64,000 nucleotides of DNA from assembly GCA_044892525.1 (NCBI GenBank), contig CM097885.1, positions 41,976,001 through 42,040,000 on the forward strand, read 5' to 3'. The number at the start of each line of letters is the position of its first letter. Position 1 is the first letter of the stretch. Below the pieces are notes generated by a model, which saw only the letters and a program-made list of their open reading frames with translations, was not told the DNA's origin and ran no database searches. Shown piece by piece: positions 1-18,000 of the stretch. This stretch comes from Schmidtea polychroa. Taxonomy: Eukaryota. The position numbers and the translations under genes were made by a program.

Positions 1-785
1 ATCCATCCATAACAAAAGGCGATTAAGCAGGTGACGACGATAATGCGTTTTAAGTGAGTGAATAATGTCTTGATTGGTGTTACAGTTCCTCAGCTACAAG
101 TCTCGTTGGTATATAGTGACTGCTGTAATTGTCTGCAATAATAAGAACTTTGTGGCAAATTTGATAAAGTGTTGGGCTTCTTTCTCCAAATTCAATCATA
201 ACGCTTGTACCATCACCAGTCGCTGCAACAATGTCATGTTTGTAAGATATTTTTGAAGATTTCAAATGGGCTTCTACTATTTTAACCATTTCTATGCCGT
301 TAAAACTGCAAAGCTGGTCCATTCATCCAGAGTGATTGAAATTTTAAATCCTTTGCCGATTTCGCATTTGATTTCCTCAATCATTTCTCTTTTTTTGATT
401 TCAGCGAAATTATGGACACTTTGCATCAAGTAGGACTTACTTTTGGGCAGATTGAAGCCTCGGGATGATATTCCTGTTCTAATTCCCTAGACCCTGTAAT
501 TGCTCTAATCGAAATTCCATCCATTGCTGCCAACTTCGCTACGATTTCTTCCAACGTTATCCTTTTAATGAATGATTCAATGTTTTTAATTTTCTTTGGT
601 TGTTGATCTTCCTTGGTTGATTCGGTGATGTCAATGTGATACTGAGTGATTAAATGTCTTTTCATTACAGACATGTTGCTTTGTTTGCAGCTCATTAGTA
701 ATGAACAAAAATCGTAAATTGCTGTATCTTTATCACTGCCAGATTTAATGTGTTTCCAAACTCCAGATTGTTTCTTGCTTGACAT
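1..785 (-). pseudogene. Decayed hAT transposase, 5' part (BED zinc-finger-like N terminus), runs off the window start
   Basis: ORF 426-785 has a degenerate BED finger (VWKH...FC...MKRHLITQYH). ORF 80-322 has an hAT-like 'ATGDGTSVM' segment. Broken by stops and frameshifts. Confidence 0.65.
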
Positions 786-1131
786 TGATTGTAGAATTTT
801 TCTAAAGTCAAAAGCAAATAAAAACTATTATGGAGTTTTGATGTTATCCTGGTAATAGTGTAATAGTTTAATTAGTGATAGTGTAATTAAATATATATTA
901 ATCGTGAATTGTGTATAAATGTTTTTTTTTGTAATGATGTATGTGTGTTATCAGAGAGATTTTTAGGACCCAGCTGAGTCTCCTTTAGAAATGAGGTTTC
1001 GGGACAGCTGGGGTGTTTGTATGTCAAATATTTTTAAACAAATTTTGTTACAGTAAATATTATATTAACGAGAATTGCGTAATCAAACTAAATTAGTTTA
1101 CAAAAGTTTATTCAACTATGAAAATTATGAA

Positions 1132-1439
1132 CAGGGTTTACCAAACTTTTTCAGCGACGGAACACTTGGCAAATCCGAAAATTTTGGCGGAACACCTAGC
1201 TTATTTTTTAGGTTAGGTAATTCATAATAGTATAAAATTTATATTATTATGAAAAACTTGTTAAAGACTTTTATTGCTTACCCAACTTCTAGGTAGTAAA
1301 AATCTTCGCCTGCTCTTGACGTCATAAAACTCAATGAAGTTTAACCGTCGCTCGTCTTTCATTATGAAGTAGAATATGTTCAATTTTCTAAATTTGCTCT
1401 AAATTTTTGCGAAATATCCACATAGTTTGGGAAACCCTG
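1132..1439. mobile_element. hAT-type MITE
   Basis: Terminal inverted repeats CAGGGTTTACCAAACT ... AGTTTGGGAAACCCTG. No clear TSD. Confidence 0.6.
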
Positions 1440-2355
1440 CTCTATATTATTGGATTGGATCAAATGAATTTGTTGTCATAACATTCTATTTCCTTCTTAT
1501 TATTTACCAATAGGTTGATGTTCTTATTTTTTTCTTTGGATATATTATTTTGAATTTCCTTCTTAGTTAGTTTTTTTTAATTTTCTATGGTTATTTGTGT
1601 ATTGATTTTTTCTATTGATTTTTTAAAATTTATTATTTTTGACATTCTGTTGGACAAATTGTGAATGTTTTTTAAACTGCGTGTAACATCGACGAGTCGA
1701 AAGTAGAGAATTATTCATCCGAAAGGTCCAGTTGCATGAGATGGAAATAAAGATTTAGTAAAAAACAGGTGGGGAACAAAAATCAATAGAAGTACTCGTA
1801 ATATTACTAACTAACAATATTAATAATTAACAATACATTACAAAAACAATACTTGATTGGTTTAAATTCAATTATTTATATAAAAGCAAACACAAATAAA
1901 TTAAAAAAATTTCGTATCTATATTTAAATTTGAACAAATGACTTATAATTTTAAAACAGAAATTTTTAGATCATTAAGATGCCAAAAATAAGCGCCGATT
2001 AAGATAAAATTTGCTAGTTAGGCAAACGGCTTTTTAATTATCTTTATAACCGATTTCAAGCAAACTTTATTATTAGTTGATAAAATATAAACATTGAAAA
2101 GCTAAACTTTACTATTTTGAGTAAATTAATTTAAGTAAATCAAAGTATGATTTTCAAATTCAAAGTTTATTTTTCAATAATTTAAACTCGAACCTAGAAA
2201 ACTTTTATGCTCGGGTTTTAAAAGAGGCTAAAACTCGCTGGGTTCGAGTCGGGTCAGATGTCCTACTCATCACCACTGTATACTGTTAATTTTATCAAAA
2301 ACGATAGACATTATTTGAGTTTATATATTTTACAATTATCTTATATAAACAATTT

Positions 2356-2393
<38 letters not shown>

Positions 2394-3818
2394 AACACAA
2401 ACACTGGTGCAATAAATTTATTTATTTATCACAATTACAAATTTAAAAAAATATATAACAATCACCAAAAAATAACTTCAATTTGTGTTTTATATATATG
2501 CGTGTGTATGTGAATGGTTACAACTACCTGAGCTCGGATGTGTAAATAGGTATGCTATAAATTATATTACAATATCAATTTCTGAATTTGCAATGCCTCT
2601 TAAAAGCTTTTATTTTAGGGTGATTTGATTTAGAAATCAGTCTGCTTATATACTAAAATTATTTGTTGACTAAATAAACATAGTTCACTTAGTGCACTGT
2701 ATTAAATAATTATACTGCATAAGCTCAGATAATTCAATAATAAACCAATTATTTTGTGGAGTAGTATATTACAATTCGCATTGGATTCTAAATTTGGCGA
2801 TTTTCACAAATTGTGCTGACTGTTGGAAATTAGTTTTATTATCAACCAATAAAATTCCAGTTTTAAATTAAAAAATTTAATTACGTGACTTCATTCGGAT
2901 TAGTTTTTTCCCAAATTGATGGGTTATATATATTGACCAAAATATCACTTTTAATAGGTCGGCTTATACACGGGTCATCTATTTTTTACATTTTAATCAA
3001 CCAAATTTGGGGGGGGGTCGTGTTATATGCGAGTAATTTGAATTTCAATTTAAATCGCGTTTGTTTGTTTGGCAGAATTAGATTTGTATATTTTGTTGAC
3101 ATAATTTCGAAAGCGATTTTTTCAATAATTTTTATGACAATGAATAGTTTTTAATGTTTTGACATTGTTGTCTCATGAAAAAATATCATTGGTATGATTC
3201 TGCAGTTTATTGACAAGGATATAAAAATTGAAAATTTTAAGATGTAATTTTTATGTAATTATTATTTAACTAATACAACATCAGGCCGTATCAACCCATT
3301 GCAAAGCGTAACTATCGGCCTGCAACTGTGGAGGGCCCAAGCAAAAGGGGGTCTATTTTCAAGCCTGAAAAAATGAAATATTTTAATTAATAAATGCACA
3401 GCAATAAACCGGAAACCGAAATTTCTTGTTAACTCCTTATAATCTTTGTAAAATAATAATAAAAATAATAACAATAATAATAACAAACAACTAAAAATAA
3501 ACAATAATAACACATAAATAAATATCATCGTTTTCTACCCGTTATTTATTATAAAATATAAAGTTCATGTATATTATAATAAATCAATAAATCAATAAAA
3601 ACAAAAATATATAATTACAGTTTAATAACATAAATAAATAAATTGATTAATCATATCCAAATTGTTAAAAATCAAATATCACAATATAATAATGTTTATC
3701 TTATTAATCACATTGATATTATTGATTATTGTCCACATGTATATTTATTTGTTCCTATTATGTAATATTTAAGTTTTAAAATCTTCAGTGTTCGTCCATC
3801 TTCTAACATATAACAAAC

Positions 3819-6369
<2,551 letters not shown>

Positions 6370-6704
6370 GTATATCATCTTTATTCCTTATGTAATTATT
6401 ATTATTATCAATAATTACCTTAACATCCTTATGGTCATTAGGATTTTTATAAGTAGCATTGTATTATTACTACTAATTTTAATATTATTATTATCATAAA
6501 AGTTTAATTAATTAATTTATTATAATATTAATTATATCGAATTGAGAATCCCCTAATTTTAATTTCAATAACAGCGACGCACATTCCTCCAACGAGGTCG
6601 CTGTAAAACATTAGGTATATTTTTAGTAATAACCCCCTCATCAACTATCAATCACCACGAGAATCAAACTACAATAAGTCCCCCATACACACAAATATAA
6701 TGGG

Positions 6705-8908
6705 TCAATCATAATGATACTCAAATGGGGCTTCGTCAGCCTTAACATGAAATGGTGTTAAAAATAAAGCTAATTCTGTATTAAATTTATCGAATACAGC
6801 GAATCTACGTTGGAATTCAAATTTCAGTTCCCGAAGAATATCTGCATAACGACGAAATTTTTTTGGTCCATTTACAACCTCAAAGCTATTTAGTAATGGA
6901 AAATACAATGCCAGTTATTGTCCAACTGTTTGGTCCATAAATCTAACTTTGCAACGAATGATTGAATTTTTTGAAAGCAATATGTTATGAGCTTTCCTTC
7001 TCATTGCATTTCGACATTAACACTGTTGAGTTTTTCAGTGATTTCTACTACGAAACATAGATCTACCAGCCACTGTTCATCGTAGAGCTGTTTTACATCA
7101 TCAGCATTTTCAAGCATGAATAATCTAATCTCTTCACGGATTTCGTAAAATCGCCTGAGTGTCTTTCATCGACTCAACCAACGAACTTTCGAAAAATAAA
7201 TCAAATCTCCATATTCGGCCTGAATTTCATTCAAATATTCTTGAAATTGTCTGTTTCAGTGCGTTATTTTTAATTTTGTTAACAGTTTCAACTACGACAG
7301 TCATCACAGTTTCAATAACAACGATCGGGGCGCACAAATTTTCTAAATGAAGGAAGCAATGAATCGTGAATAGCTTAGAGACATCAATATCGTTCTTTTT
7401 CAAATGCTGAAGTAGTAAAACTACAGCACCAACGTTTTTTCCGATCATAGCCGGGGCACCGTCAGTTGTCACGCCAGACAATTTGCTATATGGACATTTA
7501 CGGTTGGCAAGCGCGGAAACAACAACTTCTACGATATCAACTCCTTTGGTCGTGTCTTTTAAGGAATGAAGATCCAACAATTCTTCGTAAATGTTGAAAT
7601 ATTTATCAATGCCTCTGATAAAGATTCCTAGTTGTGTGTGTCACTCAAGTCAGTGCTTTCATCGAAAGATGTGGAATAAAACGAAAAGTTCTGAATCAAA
7701 TTATTGAGAGTAGTGCTTAATTTATCGGAAATCAATTCTACTCTTCGTGTCACCGTTTGTCTGGATAAACTCAACTGCTTAATCAGCTTGACTTTATCAG
7801 GAAATAATTCTTCGGCGACAGAAATCATACAATCCTTGACAAATTCACCATCAGAAAATGGTCTCATATTTCTTCCAATAATATGCGAGACCTTAAAGCT
7901 GGCTCTGACAATACTGTTTGCCTCATCAACTGGCGTTTTGAAGATCATTTGCTGCGCTTGTAAATTTTTTTCAGAGCAACTAACTTCGCTTTGCGTTCCT
8001 CACCAATAATTTTAGCAAATGAATCATGTCTTGAAGTATAGTGGCGGTTTAAATTGTAGTCTTTCAAGACACTCACAGTTTCGCGACAAATCAAACACAA
8101 AGCCGAGTCTTTATTTTCGATGAAAAAATACTTTTCTTCCCATTTCTCTTGAAATTTTCGGTTTGGGGACACATATTTTCTTTTATTGGATCCTTCTTCA
8201 GATGTCATCTAAAATAATATTTTTTTTATGATTTAATATAATATTTAAAACTAGCAAATGTTACTTACTTTTAAAAGTCCTCAAAAGGTCTTGTGTTTAA
8301 AAATGACCTTTGCGGAGGAGGGAATGTAAATAAACTTTAAACTAAAAACCAAACTCTTAAAGCAACAAATATGGCTTTTTTGATTTTTTTATTTTTTGAA
8401 GAAAAACATCAGTAATCAGCTATAAATATATTTAAATTATGAATATGACATTCTCATTGTTTTTTAAGTAAAATTGCATATAATTTTATTGATTGAAAAA
8501 TTGCGCGATTAATGTATAGGAGAGATTTAACAACAAAAGTTAGTTTCATATTGTTTTTTCATCTCACCTATTGTAGTGTGTAATTGCAGATTACATAAAG
8601 AAAATACCATTTAATTTATTTGAAAAATTACTTTGTTTTAACGCATTTTATAACACAGTCGATCCCGGTATATCGCGTCATTCATGCATGAAAAATTCGA
8701 TATTATCTGATGTAAAATATTTTTAATTGGCCATTTAAATAAATATAACTCGTTTTTATGATTCAAGTAAACTTAGAATCAATTTTTTAAATTAAAAACA
8801 TGCTTAATTCGAATACGAATTCTAAAAAAGACAATTATTGATTTGATGTTTAAAATTGTGTCCGGGTCACATCAAAACGCTTCGCGGGCCACCGGTTGGC
8901 CATGGCTG
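6705..8908 (-). mobile_element. Decayed hAT transposon (Buster/Charlie/SPIN, GTF2IRD2-like transposase)
   Basis: Collinear ORF pieces 'RKFQEKWEEKYFF...CLIC...NLNRHY', 'RPFSDGEFVKDC', 'DESTD', 'VTTDGAPAMIG' and 'IHCFLHLE'. 5' end CAGCCATGGCCAACC on the minus strand at 8908. Confidence 0.85.
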
Positions 8909-9599
8909 CCTTAGATCAAAAACTCAAATTTTAATTTTATAAAAAAGACAAATTCATGTTTCACTATTTATTTCCAACCTTCTGGAATAACTGCTCCATC
9001 TAAAAGCTAATAATTGCTAAACAGTCTATAAATATTTACATATCCTTGAAGCGATTTTAGATCGAGATTGAAATCTTCATACAATTGTATTTCATTGATT
9101 GGACAAATGAGATATCTTTTAACTTCACTTGATAGGCTCTCGGCAAGCTCTTTAACTCATCGAAATTGGGTAAAGAAAATAGGAGTTTACTTTCTTTTAA
9201 CGATCTGCGATTAGTTAGAAAACTAGACAGATCTAAAATAATATATTTAAAGATTAAGCAAATAAAATTACCAGCGGTCAATCTAAAAATTGCTGTTCAG
9301 GAAATCCACCTAAAATTGACAATTTCGCCTCTTTGAACAGTTACAACTGCAACAAGTATAGAGTTCAAGCATATAACTTGGTCTAATTACTTGTCAACAG
9401 CGTGACTGATCTTCTAAGCGTTATATAAAAGAAACAATAAATCAATACCTGGAATTTTAAAATATATAAATATACGGCTAAATAGTGCTCATATACATAT
9501 GACAGAATATATCAAAGATGACCATATCTACTTATCCATTCTCTATTTATTATTGTTACCACGTTAGGACTTGAGATTTCGTTAATTGGAATGACTTAT

Positions 9600-9877
9600 C
9601 CCCACGACGTTGATCTATCAATCATTGTAAGGATGAATCTCTTATTGTTTACTGGGAGTAGTGGTCCTACGAGATCAATATGAATGGTTTTGAATCACCG
9701 AGTTTTGGAATGACGGTTTATCTTTGATTGTTGACATTTCTGACAATACCAAATTCTAATATCAGATCGCATTTTTGGGCAAACGTATCTGAATCCTAAT
9801 AAATACATCGTTGGATGTGAGATGCTGTGTAGCCTTTGAAATTCCTGACACCATTGTGAAGTTTTAACGATAGACAT
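9600..9877 (-). pseudogene. Gypsy integrase fragment
   Basis: 'LHSISHP...MRSDIRIW..CQKCQQSKINRH' HHCC region, followed after a frameshift by 'IHIDLVGPL'. Confidence 0.7.
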
Positions 9878-9907
9878 TATTTGAATTTATATTTATTGCA
9901 ACTATTA

Positions 9908-10047
<140 letters not shown>

Positions 10048-10706
10048 TGAGCACCCACATGCTCAGACTTCACAATAAACTGCAAATGTATGGAACATAT
10101 AGGATTACATATGGATTACCAAACCTTTGGCTGTCAAATTACTTCAATTAATATGAAACCATACAGACACATACACTTTGATTGATTTCGTTATGAAGAG
10201 GTAAATTAAAACTAAAATTCTCAGCTGGGACATGAAAAATTCTTTCTTAAAGAGAGGTTTTCATTAATTAGAGGGAGAAATATATTGTATACGTATATTG
10301 AAACATTTGGCCTACTATTTAATTTATTAAGTTTTTTTTTGTCATGCAGTTAAATATCAATATTAATTTTATACAAACATAAATATCCAAATTTTAAAAT
10401 AAAGTAAAATCATCATTGCATCCTAAATTATCTATTCTCCATTTATCAATGTACTAATTACTGTATATATTTAGATTAGACAAACAGCTACAATTATTAT
10501 CAACTTCGTTAAACATTTTTCTAGCTTGTTGATTCCAATATCCTTGTCAGTAACTTTAAAATTAGTTTAAATATCTTATAAACAAGATTCTAATAAACTA
10601 TTGACGTAAGACGCCTAAGGTGCCCGTTGAAAAATAATAAATGCTTTAATTTAATATACACAAGACAGTTATTAAAAATTCAATTTCTGCTAATATTATG
10701 TAAATT

Positions 10707-10885
10707 TAATGAAGATCCTCTAGAAAAACTACACTGAGTGTGAATTGTCTTTAGTCATTGAATAATCTTCCTTGCTGCTGATTCGATTCAATATACACAT
10801 TCACTTGACTTGCAAATCCTGATCGTGATAAAGCCACATACATTTGGCCGGTTGAAAATAATGGGGTCTTCAAATTAATGCCAAA
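10707..10885 (-). pseudogene. Helitron/PIF1-type helicase C-terminal remnant
   Basis: Manual translation FGINLKTPLFSTGQMYVALSRSG...*RQFTLSVVFLEDLH* contains PIF1 motif VI (GQxYVAxSR) and a Helitron-like C terminus. One internal stop. Confidence 0.7.
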
Positions 10886-13800
10886 CGTGATAAAATATCA
10901 AAATGAAATATTTAAAGAAAAATTTAAAATCTAAAAAATATTTCTATATATAAATTATAATAGCGTTACACAGTCCATTGGTCATTCAAAATCCTTCCTT
11001 CGGATAATCGGAGTTTTCGTTATTTAAACATTCGCTTCTTTTTAAGATATTGGAAATCTATTTCTAGACGGCTTAAACATCACTTTTATTTTCATCACAG
11101 GTAATTCGGATGAGCGCGAATTGTGAACCTATTGACAATTTTGTTCTGTATTTTACCAATATATCAATTGTCCTTAAAGGTCAATTAATTTTGTGAAATT
11201 TTCTTCAACAACAATAAACTGAACATATTTAATTCTGAAATACTTAAAATTTTAACATTTTCGAATTCATTGGCATACATACACTTTGTTAAACACTTCT
11301 AACTTATTGATTCCAATCATTTAATATTACTTTAATATTAGATTAAGTATCTAATAAACAAGATTCAAAACTATTGACACATTAAAACACTTGGCATACA
11401 ATTGATTTATCAAGTTTTAGTTCATTATCCAGTGAGATGCCAATATTAATTTTATTAGTAAGAATACAAACATAAATATCCAAGTTTTAAAATAAATTAA
11501 ACTCATCATTGCATCCTAAATTATCAATTCAACATTTATCAATGCACCAATTACTGTATATATTTGGATCAGGCAAACAACTGCAATTATTATCAAAAAT
11601 ATTATATTTGTCATCATTCTGGACCTACAATCATCACTCGTCTTAATCATACTTCCTGTGGTGTCCGTACTAATAGGTTTGATTAAGTCCGTCATTTCAG
11701 TTGATAAAATTAATGAACAAATTTCAAAGTATCCAAATATAATTGTTTCGATTTAAATCACAAATATCTTTTATTAACAACAGAATTCTCGATTCTCCCA
11801 CAAAGAATTTAATTAACTTGACTTGATAAAACAAAAACTAAATTGGAAGATATCAGAAAATCGAACAATAAATTCAGAACTGAATGAATAAGCTCGTAAG
11901 CAAACGTAAATAATAAAAAATTAGCACACACATTTATACTTGTTTTAAAATGGCATACACGAGCAATAAAAACGAATATATTCTGATTTCAGAAACACCA
12001 AAAAATACTTTAAATAGAATTTTTAGAAATAATGAAAATTGGTAAATGTTCAAAATTGTCTATTTTAAGGACATTTCTGAATAAATTCCTATTTGACATG
12101 GACCATGGCAGTGAATAAATAACACACGCATTTATTTTACTTTAGGCTATTTTCCTATTATGATCATAAGATTTATATCGATTTCGATAAGACCGTCCAA
12201 TGGCTCACTGCTCTTTCCTTTAACAATTCATTACTTGCAGTTTCGGAAAAGTTCTAATCATATCTCTGGGTGGTATTCATTTCGACATGACACCGCGTTA
12301 TAAAATATAAAACCAAAAATAATCAATAAATTGTATTAGAAGATACATACAAACCCACCCATGTACTGCAAATTCTTTAGCAGTTACACCTGCCAGTTTA
12401 TTATAGGATTCAAGAAAGGGTAGGAAAAATTAATGAAACATACAAACACGATGCATGCAATTTCTATAAAATAAACAAACATACAAACAACCGATGAAAT
12501 AGACCAATTTTTAAGCAAATAATTTTTTTAAAAATGAACTTGTGAAATATTTTCGAAACAAGTACTTGAAGTTTTGGGAAAATGAAGATATTCGTGAGTT
12601 TTAAGTGTTTATTAATTATTAAAAAATGAGATTTTCACCACAAAATTTTTTTACAAAATCTTTGATAAAAGAGATCACGGAAAAAATCTATTAAAATCCT
12701 CAAAGATAATCTGACAATAATTTAGAAAGTGAACTTTTCCAAAATTTGATTAAAAATCTACAAAATAATTTGTTAATGGTAATTACTCATTTTTATTGGA
12801 TATAAATACTGCCAACACATTCAATAAAGTTTTAACATTGTGTAACTGTCACCAGATAATATTTTGTGCTTTATTGGGTATCATAAATTCGATGCGATTG
12901 TAGTTTTGACTAGATTTTGGCTTTAGCAAACACAAATACATTTACAATGGTATTTAAGTAAGAACATACAGATTATATTAAATGAAAAGACTGTTCCCTG
13001 TTCTAAAATAATTCAAAGCATTGGTGCCTGACATGTTCTGATTTATGGAATTGACAGTATTTAATGTTTGTATATTCTGAAGGTCTATAGTAACGGTTCT
13101 CAACCTTTTTTCCACGACGATCCATCTAATTTCATTCCAAAGACTTTAAGGACTCACTTAAACCAAAAAAGTACAATTTCTCGGGTTTCAAAAATTTCAG
13201 CGAAAAATAGTTTCTCCACAATACTAATTAATTTTAAAAACAGGACGCCGCAGTGTATTCCAGGCACTCCCTGTATTTTCATTTTTTCGAGTATATTTTC
13301 AATAGTTTGGAAGATTATGTTGTGAAATGAAATGAAATTATTTTGAGTCTACGATAGAATGCAAAAAATGACACCGAATATAAATTTTGCCGAAATTAGA
13401 CAAATGTCAGTTTTACTATACGATTTCCAATGCGAGTCTAGGGTAACAAGACAATGAAACATATTAATACATTTATTATTATTATTTTCAAAAAAGTATT
13501 ATAAATTTAGTATAAAGATAATGGGGAGGGGGAAATCCGTGGGAAGATGTCTTGATACAATACTTATGTCATATAACCAAGTTAATGAGGTTACTGAAAT
13601 TGTTTCTTCAGTTGACTCGAACTTAAAAATGCACAAATTCAAATTTTTTCAACAAAACTTTTACTAGTATATTTGCATTATTTAAATTTATGTTTTACTG
13701 TATCAAATCGTTGTAGATATAATTGCGACCAATCTGATTTCGATACTCTCGAAGAATATAATGATTATTTAGAAGAAGTAGAAACCTTGAGTAAGACCGT

Positions 13801-15009
13801 AAGCATGTCATTGATTGAAAGTTACCGTTTCAGTTCATGATTTAATGGATCCCAATACGTGTGAAGAAGCTAGAGCAAAAATGCGTGAATATTATTCATC
13901 TCGTAAAGCCGAAATTAAACTAAGGAGAAATAGAAAGGTTTCGTTGCTTAATTTATTTCTCAAATGAATTTTAAGGTTGTATATTTCACCTAGGATAAGG
14001 ATGTTGAGATTTTTGAGCAGTGGGAGAAAAAAGAAGAAATTATGCATAATCAGGCCAATGATGAAATGAATCAAGAAAAGATCAAAAAAGAAAACATCGA
14101 CGAACGTTTTAAGCGCAAATTGATTACGTCCGATGAGCCTTTGGATGAAGTCGTATTGGAATACACTCGAGCTTTTGAACAAGAAAATAAAGTACTTCAA
14201 GCGCGTGGTGATGTCAAGATGAAATCGGAACCTGGGAAACGATACCAATATTGCGTTCCACAGTATATGCATCGACCGGAATTCGAGTACAATACCGCGA
14301 GGGATTTGAGATCAGAAATTTTACTCACTACTCTCAAGAAGCCGGCGGAAGGTTTGATTCGTGGAGGAGGTTATACATCTGCGTTCTGGTTGTTCCGCTT
14401 GAAGCATTTTTGTGAATAAATTTTTTATCTTTTTGATTAGTTAAATTATTTTGTATTCAAAGGCGATGCCGATTTTTTATTATTGATTATATTATTTATA
14501 TTATTGCTGGATCGTTTTAGGGAACGGCAGATCAAGTGCCTAGGACAAGGTGGGGAGTAAAATGGCGGGCTATTCTAGGCAACCGCATGACTATTAAAGC
14601 TAACCTCATCCATACGCATGTTAGTACTTTACAATGGCGGGATGTGAGCTCTGCATACGCTACTCCCCACCAGACTTCCATATTTAGTTCTTAGGCTTAC
14701 GTCCTCCGAATTCAGATATAGTCTCATTGGATGGCTTAAGTAGTAGAGAATCTCTTGTTTGATTGACAATACATACTAGGATGTAATCCATACGTATACT
14801 TCACAGGAACAGCCCTGGATCAACTTAACACTAAAATGAAACAATCACAAAAGGAATTCGGCTAAGTTACACTCTGTCGACCGCAAATAGTTGACAGCAT
14901 TTGGAATCCGTGAAGAACAGGATGTTGTCCAGATCGACATTTGCTTTCGGCGGTGTTAGCTTAGCTTGTAGACGCTTACCTCAAGTCGTCCTACTAGTCT
15001 TGTGTCATA

Positions 15010-18000
15010 CAGGGCCGGATTTAAGCATTTGTTGGCCCTAGGCAAAGGAGCTTTTTGGGGCCCTCAAAATTAATTAGTATATTTCAAGGAAATTATGTAG
15101 GTTATTTTATTTGCTAAAAGTATTTAAGAAATAATTATTTACTACCTATTTATATTTTGAAATATATTTATTAAATAATTCCGTTTAAAAATAAGATACA
15201 TATGTCATGTCAAAAATATAATTTTACAAAACTTTCTTTCTAAATTTTTCTAGAGCATATTGATCAATCAATGAATCAAAATCAATAGCTTTCAATTTAT
15301 CAATGTTACAAGATAATAAGGCCAAATTATTCAAAATTTTTTGACTCATCGTTGACCTCAAAAATTTTTTAATCAGCTTCAATTTTGAGAAACTTCTTTC
15401 GCCAGTGCAATTAGCAATCATTAGACACAAAAAAATTCTTAAAATTGTTTCCAAATTTGGAAAAGCAATTTCCAAATTTTTTTCCTTAATTATCTCGTAG
15501 AAACTCAAATGATTTGGATGATCATTTGGCCAATCGTTCCTGATATATTCGTGAAATTGTAGTAACTCGAAAAAAAGTGAATCGTCTATATCATCTGGAT
15601 ATTTTTCAACAACGTTATTCACATGTTGTTTCAAATCTTCTTGCGACAATTCAATATTTGTCAAAATACCAAACACTTTAGAAATTTCCAAGTAACAATC
15701 AGAGCGCTGAATCAAATTATTTTCGATGTTTTCTAAAATTTTCATGAATACGTTGTTTAGAAAGTTCTCTTTAGCACTAATTTCTGGTTCTGTGGTAGTT
15801 TGATCTTCATCTGGAAATTTCTTTTTAAATCCCTTTCTCTTGACAGTGTAGTCAGTGTTTGGTAACAATTTTTTAGCTTCAATTTTAATTTCATCAAAGC
15901 TATTTTTCAAATTTGTAATATATGAAGCTAGAGATGCATATAACGAAGAACAAACGTCTAATGTGACTTTAGGACTTTGCAAATTTTTTGAAACTGCATT
16001 CATTCTCTCTAGAACCTGATCCCAAAATATAACGAGAAGTGCGAATTCAAACTCCTCCATTTTATTCAATAAATTATTTGCTTCATTTCTAGTGTTTCCA
16101 TCAAAATTTGCATCTTCAATGATGGCATTTAGTGCTTCCATTACATTTTCATAGTTTTCGTGAATGACCTTAACTGACTCAGAACGAGCACACTACATCT
16201 AGTCTTTGATAACGATTTTACCGTTCTATTTGAAAATTCAACTAACTTGTTCCATCTCTTAGTAGACGATGAAAAAAAATTGTAAATTTCCTGAATTAAT
16301 CCGAAAAAATTGATTGATTCTATGCAACAGTCCGCACCTGAATTTCCAACCAAATTCAAAGAATGAGCACTGCACGGTAAAAAAATTGCTTTATCATTTT
16401 TTTCAAGAACTTTTGCCCTCATTCCTTTGTATTTTCCGGCCATATTCATAGCGTTGTCATACGATTGTGATCGGCAATCTTGAAAATTTAACCCAATATC
16501 CTTTTCAAAAAATTCCAATGAAATGTCAGCTAAATATTCTCCAGTGTGATTCTCTATCTCAATAAAGTTTAAGAATCGCTCGATTGGTTTAAAATTGATT
16601 TGATCAACGTATCTGATAATCATGCACAATTGATCTTTGTGTGATATATCAGGGGTGGAATCCACAGACATTCCAAAATATTTTGATTGTTTGATGTCAT
16701 CAGAAATCGACTTCAATACTGTTTTTGCCATCAGATCGAGCAATTCCTCAAAAATTGTTTTAGAGAGATAAGAAGTTTTTCCAGATCCTGGATTACCAAA
16801 CTTTTTAATGTGCTCTGCTAAAAATGGATCAAATTTTGTAATAAGTTCCAAGAGTCCAATGAAATTGCCACTTCCTTCCATTCCAAAAATTTCATTTGAT
16901 CCTCGAAATGGTAAATTTCGTTCAACAATGGTGCAAATAACAGCTACAACTCGTTCTAAGACTTTTCTCCAGTAAATCCTTTCTTGTTGTATTTCTTTTT
17001 GCAATTGATCCGACACAGAATAGTTACTTTTTCTAGTTAAATATGTAACTAAAGCATTACGATGTTCAGAAGAGTTTTGATGGCTTTTGATTGAGGAACC
17101 AGCATTTTTCCAATCTCGCAGGCCATTGGTTGCTAAATTGAAATTTGAAGCAGTGAGTAATTTGCAAACAAAACAAAAAACATTTCCAATTTTAGGCGAA
17201 TATACAAGCCATTCGCGAGTGTACTTTTCTCCATTTGTTTTTTCATCAAAGAATAAAGTCTTAGAGCAATATCGAACAGTATTGTCATTATAGAGCTGTT
17301 TGGAAGAATGAAAGTTTTCTGTTGAATGTTGGCAACTTTCAGGGCCCTTCTCAATCCAGTACAAAGTGTCTTCAGAAGACAATTCTCTCCATAATCCTAC
17401 GTCATTCTCACGATTTGCATTTGGAGATGATTCAATCAGGGATTCCACTAAATTTTCATTATTAATGTTATCTACCAGCTCCAAATTATTTTCGAAATAA
17501 TTAAAAACTTGATTTGAACTTCCAGTGAAAATAGGTTGATTTGAAGTACTGGAAGAGACCTCTATTTGGTCGCTTTGGTGCCGATCTTCTTGTGCTACAA
17601 ATTCACTTTCAGTTGCAGAATCTTTAGTGAAAAAACAATCTAGCTTAGGAATTTTCTTAATTTCTTCTTCTCTCTCTGCTTTTTTCTTCCTTTTAAACGC
17701 TCCGCTTGCGTAGTTTCGTTTCATTCTATCTTAAATTTAATTAAAGTATTTTTTAATAAAATTGATTAAATAATTTTAATATTTTTATACTATACCTAGA
17801 TCTTAACAATTAATCAATTAAAAAAAAGCCTCACTTCGTCCTAAAATTGCTTTATTTTAAATTTTTTATTTTTAAGCCGATTTCCTTTGAAATAATTTTT
17901 TTCTTTTGTGTATAAAATTTTTACCAACACTCCAAAAAAATATGTTTCTACACAATAACAATTCGATTCCCGCCTTCGCAAATTTCAACCGACAAACTCC

